Origin: Lingula anatina
Taxonomy: Eukaryota > Animalia > Brachiopoda
NCBI GenBank assembly: GCA_051362555.1
Contig: CM120641.1
Span: forward strand, 15,500,001-15,564,000
Direction: 5' to 3'
Length of the DNA stretch: 64,000 bases
Shown here: positions 1-12,839 of the stretch, in pieces
How positions within the stretch are numbered: the first letter of the stretch is position 1
Layout of the letters: each line of letters opens with the position of its first letter
Program-made: the position numbers and the translations under genes
Notes under the pieces: model-generated
Told to the model about the DNA's origin: nothing
Database searches by the model: none
The model's input: the letters and a program-made list of their open reading frames with translations, nothing else

Positions 1-1461
1 ACACTCGATGTTTTGAAACCTAAAATCCCAATGAAATCTGGAAGATGAAGGTTCTCCCGCAATAAATCGACTATGTAAGATAAACGATAAATTTAGGAGA
101 CGGTTGGTTACAACACCTTTGTTTACTGCTGTTTCATGGCATTTCCATGATATTTATCATTGATGAATCCTGTTGGGAATTACAAAAAGCTGTTTTGGCG
201 AAGTTTCTATGAAAACAGTGCCATAGTTTCATTATTATTTCATTAATTCCTTATACTTTTAAAGGTAATTGCGGTCACTATAGACTAAACTGTAATGCCT
301 TCATACATATTGCATGTGTGTTCTAACTACAAATAAAAAAAACACGTGTGATTGTCTTTGTATAAGAACATTAAAAATCAATTATTCAGGTAGTATACAT
401 ATAGAATGATTATGCAGCGCCTTAATTATAGTGAGATCAGGGTGTTATAATTCTTTTGAAATAATCGAGACGAAAAGACAAAAGTCATGATTTGAACAAA
501 TGCGTTATTATAAGGAACGGTTACGGGGCAGTGGGCTACAAGCCCAATGTTCAAAATTACAATAAAGTAGATGTCAATGTATTACTGAAAAATCAGCAAC
601 AATTATGAAGTGTGAAGGACAGATTGAGGTCGGAAATTATAGATAGCGGGTTTGTTTGCACACCGTAGCTGACTGTAAACGTTTATTTCAAAAAGTAAAT
701 TCAAATCAATGACAGTTTCCTTTTCTTTCGAGATATTTGGATGATGATAATGTGGGTCTGCTGTTGTATCATCTTTGTTTAAATCTCTAATTGAACTGGG
801 GTGAAAAATATTTGCACTGAGAACCAATGCAATGGCTATTTTGGTAGAGCTACAAGCATGGAACAAATTGGAATTGTCGATTTAAGTATTATGACATTAC
901 TTATTCGAATTAAGTGCATCGTAATTGCTCAGTTTGGTTTAGTGAAAAGGTATATTGATGCAAAGTGTTGAAAACCGCTCACTTGTACACAGAGTAACAG
1001 AAACACGTGGATATTATCACATAGTCCTTCATTCTGGTCTAAAGAAAAAAATTCTCATCCCCCAAAATGAAACAATTGAATGACGGAAGGTAAAGAAAGA
1101 AGCGACCCTTCACCCGTGATATGCAGACTATGAATTCCAATATCGGTGTTTATATTACCTTGCTTTATGTACTCAATTAGTATCATTCTCTGTCAATCAA
1201 GAGATTCCAATTTTATCCGAAACATTAATAAAAATACGATATAAAATGGTATTTGGTCATCGTTTTATCATAAAATTTTCTGTTTATAAAATATAATGCC
1301 TGACATACATGTATGTAATAAAAAAAGACGTATTGTGTACTCTGTGGCATATAATGTACCAAAACGTACGTAATGAAACCCGTTCCCAACACAGAATAAT
1401 AAGTAAAATCCATACGTAGATGGCCATCACGCCAATGTAATGCACGATTGTTGTTTTACAG

Positions 1462-2033
1462 CGTCAGCAGGCACCAACTGGGAATACGCCCTTAAAACTC
1501 ACTTACTAAACGTGAGCAGATACGACCCCGGAGTCCGACCGGTGTCTGATTACTTCTCTCCCGTCAACGTGTTCCTCAATGTGGCTTTGAATCAAATATT
1601 AAACCTGGTAAGTATAGGCTTTATTAATGCCATGTTTGTTATCATGGCTTCATTGGCTTTCATCGTGTTAATGGCTTTCAGTACTGGCATTCACCGAAAT
1701 AGGTGAATTGACAGATCAGTCTGGTAAACTCCATTAATGTAGTAATCGCAGATTCTATAGTTGTGAGTAGCGCCGAGCATACATGTAACAAAGTAGAAAT
1801 TTGATCTCAAATCTGAAGACAAAAAAATGTTATCTGCTTTGATCCAGGGTAATTAAATGGGGATATATTACATATTAAACTAGGGAATAAAAAAAGACGC
1901 ACGATGAACGTTAGATATTTATATTATTTATATAACAAAAATAGAATTTGCCCAAAGAATTCAGCAGTTTTCTCCTTATCACCGATGTATATCTGTGTGC
2001 GAGACATGGGCGTTGACAGTAAGGTGCACATTG

Positions 2034-2072
<39 letters not shown>

Positions 2073-5000
2073 ACGCTCTTCTCACAGAAGTATGGAAAAG
2101 AATTAGGCTTCCATGGTACGGACACGTAAAAAGATGATCCAATACACAGTTCTTCCACCTATGTAGGACCTGTTTTTAATACAATGTTTCATTTTTTAAA
2201 TATATGTCTTAATCATTGGGGAAAAGCAGATTGAAATTGTGGTCTAAATCTTAAACATATTCGACTAGTTCCTTTTTGAGGCTATGGTTTTCAGTTTCCA
2301 GGACTCCTGAGATTCCAAACTCTCCTTTCGAGAGTTGTTTTTGAGCTTTGGAATCCAATAAAATCTTCATGTGTATCTTTGACTTTCCTTCAGAATAACA
2401 GTTTTCAGTTGTTAATCCATGAATGTTAACTTTTCTTTGTAGGATGGACGATTACAGATTCTTCATTGCAGTCTTTACATGCGTTTGGTAAGTTATTTAT
2501 ATTATTTATGTGCATGTCGTTCATGTAACCACAAAAAGAGAATTCTAAGCTACAAATAAGAATAATCCAATACTACAAAGACGTTAGACTACTCCCGCTA
2601 TCTGTTTATTTAGTGGAATCAAGCTGAAAGAAAGAATGTGCATGCAGCTTACTATTCCACGCTGAATGAAGTGATCGCTTCGACTGTTTTCAAGGGCTGG
2701 CGTGTGGAAGAGAATCACCTGGGACTTGACTGATTGATGTAATACATGTGGTGAAGGTTTACGTATGAATTTTTTTTAGATCAAATGTATCAACTGTCAT
2801 TTTGACTGTTCATCTAACCTCTTCTTCTCTTTAGGGATATGTTTAAAGAAATTATTCATTGATTTCTAATTATGTATTTATCAATTTATTTGTTTTGCTA
2901 GAAATGGAAGGACAATGGTTTAAGGTGGAATGCGTCCGAGTTTGGCGGTGTTGATACAATTCGCCTTCCTTCAGTAGCCGTATGGGTTCCTGATATAACT
3001 TTATATACGGAGTAAGTATACGTACACATCTCAGATACAGGGCATTTCGTTTCAGAACTAGAATAAAAAATAAGACCCCTATGCTGTTGAAAAAACTTAC
3101 GAATTAACTTTTAAAATCCATTGCTGTAGAGGGACAGTTCATCCTTCATTATGTAATCACTTGAACTTAATTTTGAGGAATAACTTGCAGCTTCTGCACG
3201 ACTACATAAATAGACCACGTTTCCATTTCCAGCGTACGGCAAGACCACCATGACGTAAAGCGCTACAACGCCATCGTCTCCAGTGACGGCAGCGTGGCAT
3301 GGAACTACCCCTTTATAGTGAGAAGCTCTTGCAATCTCAACGTAGAAAAATTCCCCTTTGACGAAGAGAAATGCATCTTAAAGTTCGGCTCATGGACATA
3401 TGACGGGCATCAGGTGAACGTCACAAACACGTACCCCAGTGGGGATATATCGGGGGTGGTATCAAATGGCGAGTTCGATCTTCTGTCCATGCCTGCCACG
3501 AGGAACGTTCTGTACTATAATTGCTGCGATGCTCCTTACCCTGACGTTACATTCACCATTCATATGCAGAGGCGTTCTATGTATTATATGATCAACTTAG
3601 TTGTACCGTGTATGCTGATAGTGTTTGTGACGTCACTGAGTTTTTATCTCCCGCCTGAATCCGGTGAAAAGGTGTCATTGGGGGTAACAGTACTGCTCAC
3701 ACTGACAGTTTTTCTACTGCTGGTCGCTGAAAACACTCCCCCGCAATCAGAAGTGGTTCCATTAATAAGTGAGTGGTTTTTTCCATTATTCGCTAACCTT
3801 TCTATACTTATCATTGAACAAAGACTATAACACAATAAAGTCGATTCCAAAGCAGTTATGCAATCATTCCGCGATAAGTAATGTAGAAGCAAAATCTTCT
3901 CACCAAACACTTTTCACAAAGGAAAAATGCACAGCATTCATTTTATTCGTTTACCTTTCTTTGCATATATCATCGAACCAAGACTACAAACACAATTAAG
4001 TCAATGCCAAAATAGTCGTGCAATCATTTCACGATAACTAAGAAATGAAGAAGCAAAATCACCTCTACTAAACACTTTTCACAAAGAAAAAGTGCTTATA
4101 GAAACTAATTCCTATTTTTTTCTACAATCCAAGGTCAGTATTTTCTGTTGGCCATCATTCTTGTCAGTTTGTCCACTGCGGCCACCGTTCTGGTGGTGAA
4201 CCTGCACCATAAAGGTCTCCACGGAGAGAAGGTCCCTCTGTGGGTCAGAAAGGTTGTCCTAAACGGAATTGGTCGACTGATCTGCAAGAAGAAGTTGGTG
4301 ATGGAGTACAGCAAGATGGCCAACTGTATGGACAAAGCACAGGTAGATCTATGCGTTGTTAAGGCTTATAGCGTGTGTGTATTTTTTACAACGTCTAAAG
4401 GTACACTCCATGGGCTTGTAGATTCCCCAAATACTTATTTTTGCCACCCACCTTCTTATAAAACCTAACACACATTACTAACGATTTAACCCATTAAATA
4501 TTTTTCTGGAGCCTTCTTGGTGTTGATATTTTTAAATATTAAAATAGGAAGATGGTCGCTGGTTATAATGAGTGGCCAGTCATTTTAAACTAAATTGACC
4601 TTTATATATTTAATTAAGGATAGAATGTCAAGTGCAGAGGGGAATAAATAAATGAATCGTGAATACGAGAAAATTGTTTATTTTTGAATATTAAAATAGG
4701 AAGATGGTCGCTAAATTGACCTTTATATATTTAATTAAGGATAGAATGTCAAGTGCAGAGGGGAATAAATAAATGAATCGTGAATACGAGAAAATTGTTT
4801 ATTTTCCAGGAAAAACCATTTTGGGGCGAAAACCCCATAGAGTTGTCCTTTAATCAAATTTGTTCATAAAATTTTGATTTGTCTTTTTAAAATTTCAACT
4901 TGAAAGTTTGGACTCGGTAGTCTTACATACCATGGTCTCTTGGATGGTAGCCTACTCCAGTGTGTCAAATTAAATTTTAGTGACTGCCCAGACTGGTAAA

Positions 5001-5697
5001 TGACTTTTAGAGACAACAAGTGAAACTACGAAACTCAAAAGTCACTGCATTTTGGAACACGAATGAACCACGGTGAAAATATCAACCCAACTCTAAATTA
5101 ATTTCTTAACAGGAACGGCATTATAAAGTAATTAGATTTTTTTAAATAAAAATTCTATGAGCATATTCAACCAAGGCATTTTTTTTTTTTTTTTTTTTTT
5201 TTGTTATCCTTTATATTTATAGAAAAAGTCGTATAGAATAGAAGGCTGGATTACATATAAGTATTCGTATAAGTTGGCGTAACTGAATGTCTCTTTGTGT
5301 CTTTTTTTAGTATCTAAACGGAAGTTACATTGAAAATGAAGACGGGGCACCAAGTTTGAAGCGGATAAGAACAAGAATAAATACAGTAAAAAGCGGTATC
5401 ATTCTTGCCGCCCAAAATGGTTCTCTTATCACCCCCAAGTTTTCCGAACTTGCATGCAATCACGACAAAACACACGAGGACTCTTTACTGGACAAAACAT
5501 TAGTGGAAATTATGAACGTTTTGCGTGGAATAGAACAAAGGATTATAGACGAACAGAAAAGAGAAGAGGACCGCGGAGAATGGCGCCTGGTTGCACTTGT
5601 GATTGACCGATTTTTCTTGTATTTATTCATGGTGGCCACGGTTGCCGTGACTCTGTGGATAGTGATCTGTGTGCCTTGTATTTTTCCGTCAGCTTAA
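1462..5697 (+). CDS. Nicotinic acetylcholine receptor alpha subunit (alpha7/9/10-like Cys-loop ligand-gated cation channel), gene 1; 5'-partial, signal-peptide exon not found
   Basis: GT-AG exons at 1462-1607, 2443-2487 (45 bp), 2902-3011 (110 bp), 3233-3768, 4134-4342 and 5311-5697 join in one frame. Motifs: YDPGVRP, WVPDITLY (loop A), Cys-loop CNLNVEKFPFDEEKC, FGSWTYDG (loop B), YYNCCDAPYPD (loop C vicinal Cys), M1-M3 with [16 protein letters not shown], and M4 EWRLVALVIDRFFLYLF. Confidence 0.95.
2036..2070. repeat. (CA)n microsatellite
   Basis: Directly visible. Confidence 0.95.
4530..4805. repeat. Intronic tandem duplication (~150 bp + ~120 bp; second copy has a ~30-bp deletion)
   Basis: AATATTAAAATAGGAAGATGGTCGCT...GAGAAAATTGTTTATTTT occurs twice. 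Confidence 0.85.
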
Positions 5698-6933
5698 AGT
5701 ACACGTAACTCTATATCACCAATACTATCTACATTTTCAGAAATCTAAAGTACCATTATGTTAACGATAACTTTACCTTCACGACGTGCCACTGAGTATA
5801 AAGGAAGTTATTTTATAATCAGCATGGATTATGATTTTATGTCTGGGAATGTGAGGTCTGATAAAACATATTATTGTCCAATGACGTCATCTCCCAAAAT
5901 ATTATTGACCGATGGCGTAATTGCTAATCTTTGTAAGCAATCAGAGAATAGGACACATATTATCAAACAGCCGACATCAATGTTGGATGTCAAGGATATT
6001 GCAACATCTGATATTATCTTGGAGGGCATTGGCATTCAGGTATCAAATTATATAATTAAACAATTATTATCTTTGGCTGAGGTCAATATGTTGTTTTACC
6101 GACCTCAGAAAAGTGATATCGACCGAGATGTAGGGAGCATTCCCACAGATATTTGGATCGATCTATCGCCATGGGGAGTCTCACTAAATTGCTATCTGCT
6201 ATCGGCGAGGCCGAGCGTGCAAGAAATTTAATTACCACCTAACTGATTAGGTAGGCGTGACAGAATTTAAAGCCTCTTTAGCTCATAGCAATTTAGCGTG
6301 AACCAACAGGGAGTTAGGTCGATCCAGATGGATCGATCTAGGCATGGGAACCCAGTCGTAGAGAAAGAGGCACGACCAAGATTGCAGTCACTTTATCTGT
6401 TCGCACCTTGTAACTTTAAAAAAGCATCATTTCTTGTAATTTTCCATTATTTCCATTATATAAAATTTGTAATTAAAAAGATTATCATTTGTACTAAGAA
6501 CTGCCTTCAGATGTTATAGTTGTAGAATGCTCAAATGGATATGAACAGCCAATATATTGTAAAATTTCAAAAGGAAAATTTCTACATTTAAACGTCAGTT
6601 TACATATGTCACGTCTTAAGGGGGTTCGATGCACTGGGATTCATTTCCTTATCCGCTTATATAATACGGAAATAAAATTGTCATATTATGAGATAATCCT
6701 GTCACATAAAGAATAAGGGTGAATTTGCTTATTTGAGCTGATGACGTAACAACAGCGTTTTGGGTGGTAAAAATGTAATGTCGATTTCAAACAGAACTTC
6801 CTCATCTGAACAGCTATCAACACCGTTTGAACGACTATTTAATTACAACGATAAGTAGTACAATCCGGTGCCAGGAGTTCTCTTGAAAGGCTTACTTCTG
6901 ATTTTATCAGTAGAAGCGAAATAATGGCTTTGT

Positions 6934-7284
6934 TTAAAGGATAACAACTCTCCATATTAGATTTAGAATTCCACAATGAATACACTGTAAAAAATCTTAA
7001 AATATGATAAATTCCATTTTACCACCAAAAAGGTGGTTATTGCAATTGTTATGAAATCTGTGCTTGCCGTCGGTCCATTTGGACCTTCATCGATGGCTAC
7101 TCTCCTTAATAATCTCTTTATTCTAGCTGTGTGCAAATAAATTATCTTCAGAGATTATTGCAAAAATATACCTTAAAAAAGGAATTGACTAATTTTGAAT
7201 GTCGGAATGGATTTGTTAACCATTGGTAAGTATGAGAACATCGTCATATACCGTATACCCAATGAAGCGTTGTTATCCCTTTAA
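6934..7284. mobile_element. ~350-bp MITE with TTAA flanks (Kolobok-like), copy 1
   Basis: TTAA-AGGATAACAAC...GTTGTTATCCCT-TTAA; interior homologous to 25913-26257. Confidence 0.7.
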
Positions 7285-8397
7285 TGGAACATCGTAATTA
7301 GGTCCTCATATCTCTTAAATAAAGAATGAAAAATCAAACACTGGTATCGGATTGTAATTCACGTCTTAGTCGGTATAAATACCGAAAATGAGATAGGCAG
7401 CCTTTAATAGTCGGTTGGCATTTATTGTAGTTAGCTAACCCGTCTGATGCACACCAAAATCGGGGCATTAGTAAGCTCAACACCTGTGCCATATCTTATA
7501 GGCATATCTGCAATGTAATGACTCCGTGCACGTATGATTTGAAGTGTACTGTGTGCAAACAAATGCCTTAATTATCTCTCTACTCAACATACTTTGGGCT
7601 TGGGAGTTCAACCCTCTTGTGCATGAGACAGATGTAAATCTGCATTACAGTAATGAATTCCACCTCACTTAACTGGTCAATTTGGCACAGCTGTATGCAA
7701 GTAGAATAAGATTAAATATCAAAAGATGAAAACGCCTGTTGTTCGCAAACGTTGCACCGCATTATCTAGTATACGCATTATCGCATGATCAAGCATTTGA
7801 GCAACATGGAGGACGTTTATCCTCGTATGAGGGTATCATTAGCCTGATGTGAGAACAATATTAAGGCGGACGAGAACAGTTCACATATGAACGAAATATG
7901 AACTAAAAAGTAGTTAATTGGAAGCAAATACTTTTCAGCTTACCCGGCGGCTTGTGATGTAAAATTACAAACTGTGATAAGCAAAATTCAAAATGCGACC
8001 CGAAATTACATCTCATTGGCGACTGCAAATTATCAGATGAAAATGACTTTAATAATGATAGTGGAAAGGAAATCTCTCGAACTACAGAAGCTTATATGTA
8101 GATTGATAATTGTTATAGAAAAGTTTTTGTATAGCATTTTATGTGGCATTGAGTTGTGAAACAATTATATTTAAATAATGATTTTTTATCGATGGCTTCC
8201 CGCCAATGCATTAACCTCATCATTAATTTTCTAATACATTGCTCCTCTATCATTTGCCATGTTCAACATATTGTTTAATATATAGTATACAATCCATCAA
8301 AAATTGCCGACCATAGAAATAATGACAGGTATCAAAGTAATGCTAATCCTTACAAACTGTCAACAAACATGTATGTCCCTGTCATCAATCATAACAC

Positions 8398-8445
<48 letters not shown>

Positions 8446-11400
8446 ACAAAATGGTTTTCTTAGCTCGTGATAATACGATTGTTTTCGCTTTTCTCATATT
8501 TTGCAAGCATTTTTTTATCATCAGAGTTCTTATCATCTTGAATTATACACATACAAAACCAGTATGTGGACCAAAATGAACTACCAGTTGTTAACAAACT
8601 GCATTCGATAACCCGTTTTTCATGTCGCTAGGGACAGAACATCGATACGTTATTACAGACACAAAGACACGGTTTTAGCGCACGTCATAAATGCATCTCC
8701 TGCTACCATCCAGTTTGCCTAAAAGGTGTTCAATTATTATTAATACAATACAGTATCTGATCTTGCTTCAAGAAAGACAAACAAAAAGTCGTACTGCTCA
8801 GTAGAAACCTATAAACATATTTACAGAAAATCCCGTTTTTGTGACAAATGTTTCCAGATATTGTACAGGGAGACATTTATAGCGTTTCATTTCCGGCAAT
8901 GGATAGATCTTGGAAATGGAAGTATCGACTGTCGCTGTGTTTGGCACTTGGAATTAAATGGTCACAAAACTGGCCCATGTCCGTTTCTTGTCGCATTGAT
9001 TCCATCAAGCGTAACCTTGAATGCCTTGAATTAAAATAGCATTTTATATATTCATGGGAAATGTTTTCCACTAGAAATAAATACCATTCTCAAAGGGACA
9101 TCCCTTGGCATTTTTGCATTCCTCTAATAAGAAGGAAAGCAGAGTGATGCCAAAGATGACAACACTACATTTGAACTATTGACCTTCACAATTAACCAAA
9201 AACAGTTTGGCCATGACTCAACCGGTGTGTTGTAGTTTCCTTGACGTTCTTAAATTCATCATCATATTTTGGAATTTAAAGAAAACGTTCACAACAAGCG
9301 AAGAATGCAGTATTATCTGAATTTATAGAATTGCCCGAAAAAACTAATCTTTACCCCATCTGAGCCGTACCATGTAGGAAAAGAGGTTTTCAATAATCCT
9401 TTCCGTAGCTAACAACTTAATGTGATTTGCCATCAGACTTTAAGTCTTTAGGCAGTTTTATCCATTAAAAAAAGCATTGATGTTATAAAGCTATATCCAA
9501 AGATATACATGTATGTACATTGCAGGAGACATCCATAGGTTGTGGTTTATGTAGAAATAATGGCCCCTCCTGATGCAACTTACTTAGAGGTCGTCTGGAA
9601 AAATGCAACTTCACTCAAGATAATTGGACTAAAAGAAGACATACAAATGTTCTTATGTCCATGCGTGTGATTCTCCATCTTTTAAGTGGTTGCACCAATT
9701 TTCAGTGTTTTTCTCTTACTATAAGAACCTACAGACGTTTATCATAAACGATTCTAAACGCTTTCACAAATTCTAATGTGAACCACGTGTCTATTTTGAA
9801 TTGCTATTTGAAAAGTCTATTTGAAACTTCCCTCTAATTGAACTGCCTATTATATATATCCATAACCTTTTTAGAGTTCAGATAACTATTTAGTATAGAT
9901 AGCCTGTAAATGTACCTAGTTCTCAATAAACCAATCATTATCATATCCAAAACTCAATACTGAAACTGTGACATGGCGCACCGGATATGTATTTGCTCAT
10001 ATTTAGCTTATACTTGCAACTTAACGAGTTCATTTTTTCAGCAATGATAGAATAAGTATAAACAGGCTGGCGGTTTACAATATTTATTACGAAATACGAA
10101 AGAGTTACTGTACATCTATGATATTAAATAGGAACTTGTGTTCAACATATTTAAAATACATGAGTAAATAAAGAAAGTGAAATTCTGTCATGGTAAAAAT
10201 TGACCAAAACAAGTTCTTATAAGCATAACAGAATTTGTTACGAAGGCAATAGGCCTACTGTATGATAGCACACATTTTCCTTTTGGAAATATGGAGGGGG
10301 GGGGGGCGTAAAAAAACTCCCAGTGGAATGAATAATGGAAAAGGAGCGGGGAAAGTGGTATAGGATAGTTAAAAGGTGGCAATAAAAAAGTGCTGAGATA
10401 CAGAGTAATTAAAGCATCCCATGGACACAATGTCAGGGTAACTCCATCAACACAATAGAAGGAATGAATCATACAACGCAAACAAAACTTGGTGAGCTAA
10501 TCTCTCAACATACACGTGCGTACTCCAGTGAGAGATTATAAGACTCTTGAAAGCTTTATATGCCATTGAATGATAAAAAAATCTCGTCTTTTTAGAGCAT
10601 CTTGTTTCCGTGACTAATCAATATAGTGTCAACATACATGAGAGGGTTTATACACCTCTGTTTGATGTTATGTATTTGATTTAGGTTTCACGGAATCGAG
10701 TATATATTTGTATAGTAATAAAGTTACAGTCAAGCTGACGTCTTCCTTTGAATACAACTTGCAAATAAAAAACACTGAAAATTTGTTTCCGTGCACTTTC
10801 ACCCTATTTATTTATGGTATCTTAATTATCTACGCTGGGGATATCGAAGAATTAAAATGTTTTTAATCCAACGTTTAAGGCGATGTTTGGACACACCCGT
10901 CAATATTAACAGTGAAAGGATCTTTTATGAACTCTACGTGTCTGATTAGCACACCGAGATTGGTTGCAATTTTCACCTTCCAGATGGGCGTTTTTGAACA
11001 GTAAAACTGTGTGTTTCAATCATTAATACTCAATTCACATGCAGAGGCATACATACATACATGTAGTTGACATGTTAATGTATGTAACCATCTCTTTATA
11101 TTTCACCCAGGTTGCTGATTTACTTCGCTTCTCATGTGTTTTTTACAGTGCAATAAATACATCTATTTGAAATACAATGCTGATTGATCAAGCAATAAAT
11201 AAATCATGATTGAAATGTAGATCCATTCAGCTTCAGAATTAATGCGTTAATTACATTAGCTTTATAAGGGTAGATGCGACTGGTAAAATATTTATTTTCA
11301 ATTCACTGCTTTTGTATTCAGAATTTGCTATTTACTGCATGTAAAGGTCTATTTGGCATCGTGTTTTAAAAGCCTGCGGAGCGTTTGAGAGCAAATCACA

Positions 11401-12171
11401 CTGGGATTTTATCATATTGACAAACGGACTGTGGGTTTCCGCCCATGAAAACTGAAGGAGGAGGTGGCTTCCTCCTGGCAACGAAACCATGGAATTGATC
11501 GATCTAAACGATGTTTTTAAAACGTCTTTGACAGTTGTCAGAAATAAATGACCCCCTTTTTGCGTCGGTGTCTTCGTCTATATAGACTGAATTAAGCGAG
11601 AAAAGTAACTGCTGTGATGTACTGGTTTGACTTAGTAAGGTCAAAGAGTAATTAGTTCACTTAAAATGAACTTAATGTTTTTCCCGGGGAATATACGGGG
11701 TGGTTAGATCAACAGATAAAAGCTTTTCGTGATCATGGTTATTTGTACATGTAAATTTCCCTTTACCGGTATTGATATCTCTTTCAAGTCCCAGGGTCAT
11801 GAAGGGCAGATTTATTTTAGTATTTACGTCATCTGCAATAGTTCCTAGCTCACCCACGCTACATGAAAACACTGTATGGTCATTTTCATTAATTCGCAAA
11901 GACGTGGACTGGGCTTGTAAACCTTAAGTGTTAATAGTAACAAATTGTCACGACACTTTTAACGTCCTTGCGGAGGTGGATGGAGTAGTTATTCTTTATC
12001 TTCATCGTGTTCTCTAACTTGCAAGAAAATAAGTTTTCAAAGTTCTAAAACTTTTGTTTAATTATACATTGCTGACACTATTTTTTTTGACGTAATACCC
12101 CTCCTTATCCTTAAAGAAAATTGTTTCTTTACGTTAGTTTGTATAATTATATTATTAAACAATATACCTCA

Positions 12172-12216
<45 letters not shown>

Positions 12217-12781
12217 ATGTGTGCATGTGTGTTGTCAATATTTTGATGAAAACGTTCTTTTAGTTTATATATGGTCATAGCCTTGGGGTCCACTTCATTT
12301 AACCAAATATAACAAAAGTCTCATTAAAATTCGAGTATAGCATACATATTTACCTTACATTATTCAGCCCACAGTGAATAATCATCTAATTTTCCTGTAA
12401 TTCTCTTGTAAAGTTACGCACATGAAAGTGTTTATCACACGCTAGTTTGGACATCAGTCAAACGTATTATTTTTTAATGACCAGTATGTTGTTATAACTT
12501 GTTACATGCATTCTAAAATTTATGAGGTAAATGTTGCACTGATTGAATCACCGGTTTTCCTTGTTTGTATTCTATTTAAATGCTTCATAACACAATATGC
12601 ACCGTATTTTGAAAGTTCATTAATTGGACGTTTCAAAGAAGATCTAATTGTTCAATCTCTTTATTTCCCGACTTTTAATTTAGGTTAACAGAAGGTTTAT
12701 AGAAGCGAAATAATGTTGTGTCACGGGTTTAAGATGAGTCACTACTCAACGAAAAATGGCTACTGCAACCTAAAATTGAAT

Positions 12782-12784
<3 letters not shown>

Positions 12785-12834
<50 letters not shown>
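12785..12834. repeat. (TA)n microsatellite
   Basis: Directly visible. Confidence 0.95.

Positions 12835-12839
<5 letters not shown>

Noticed and set aside
1-1461. Candidate first exon for nAChR gene 1
   Set aside because: Donor-like sites near 265, 950 and 1090 lack an ATG-initiated hydrophobic leader in the required phase; the exon is probably upstream of the window.
5758-6231. 157-aa ORF just after nAChR gene 1
   Set aside because: No recognisable motifs; it lies in the probable 3' UTR and overlaps degenerate repeat-like sequence.
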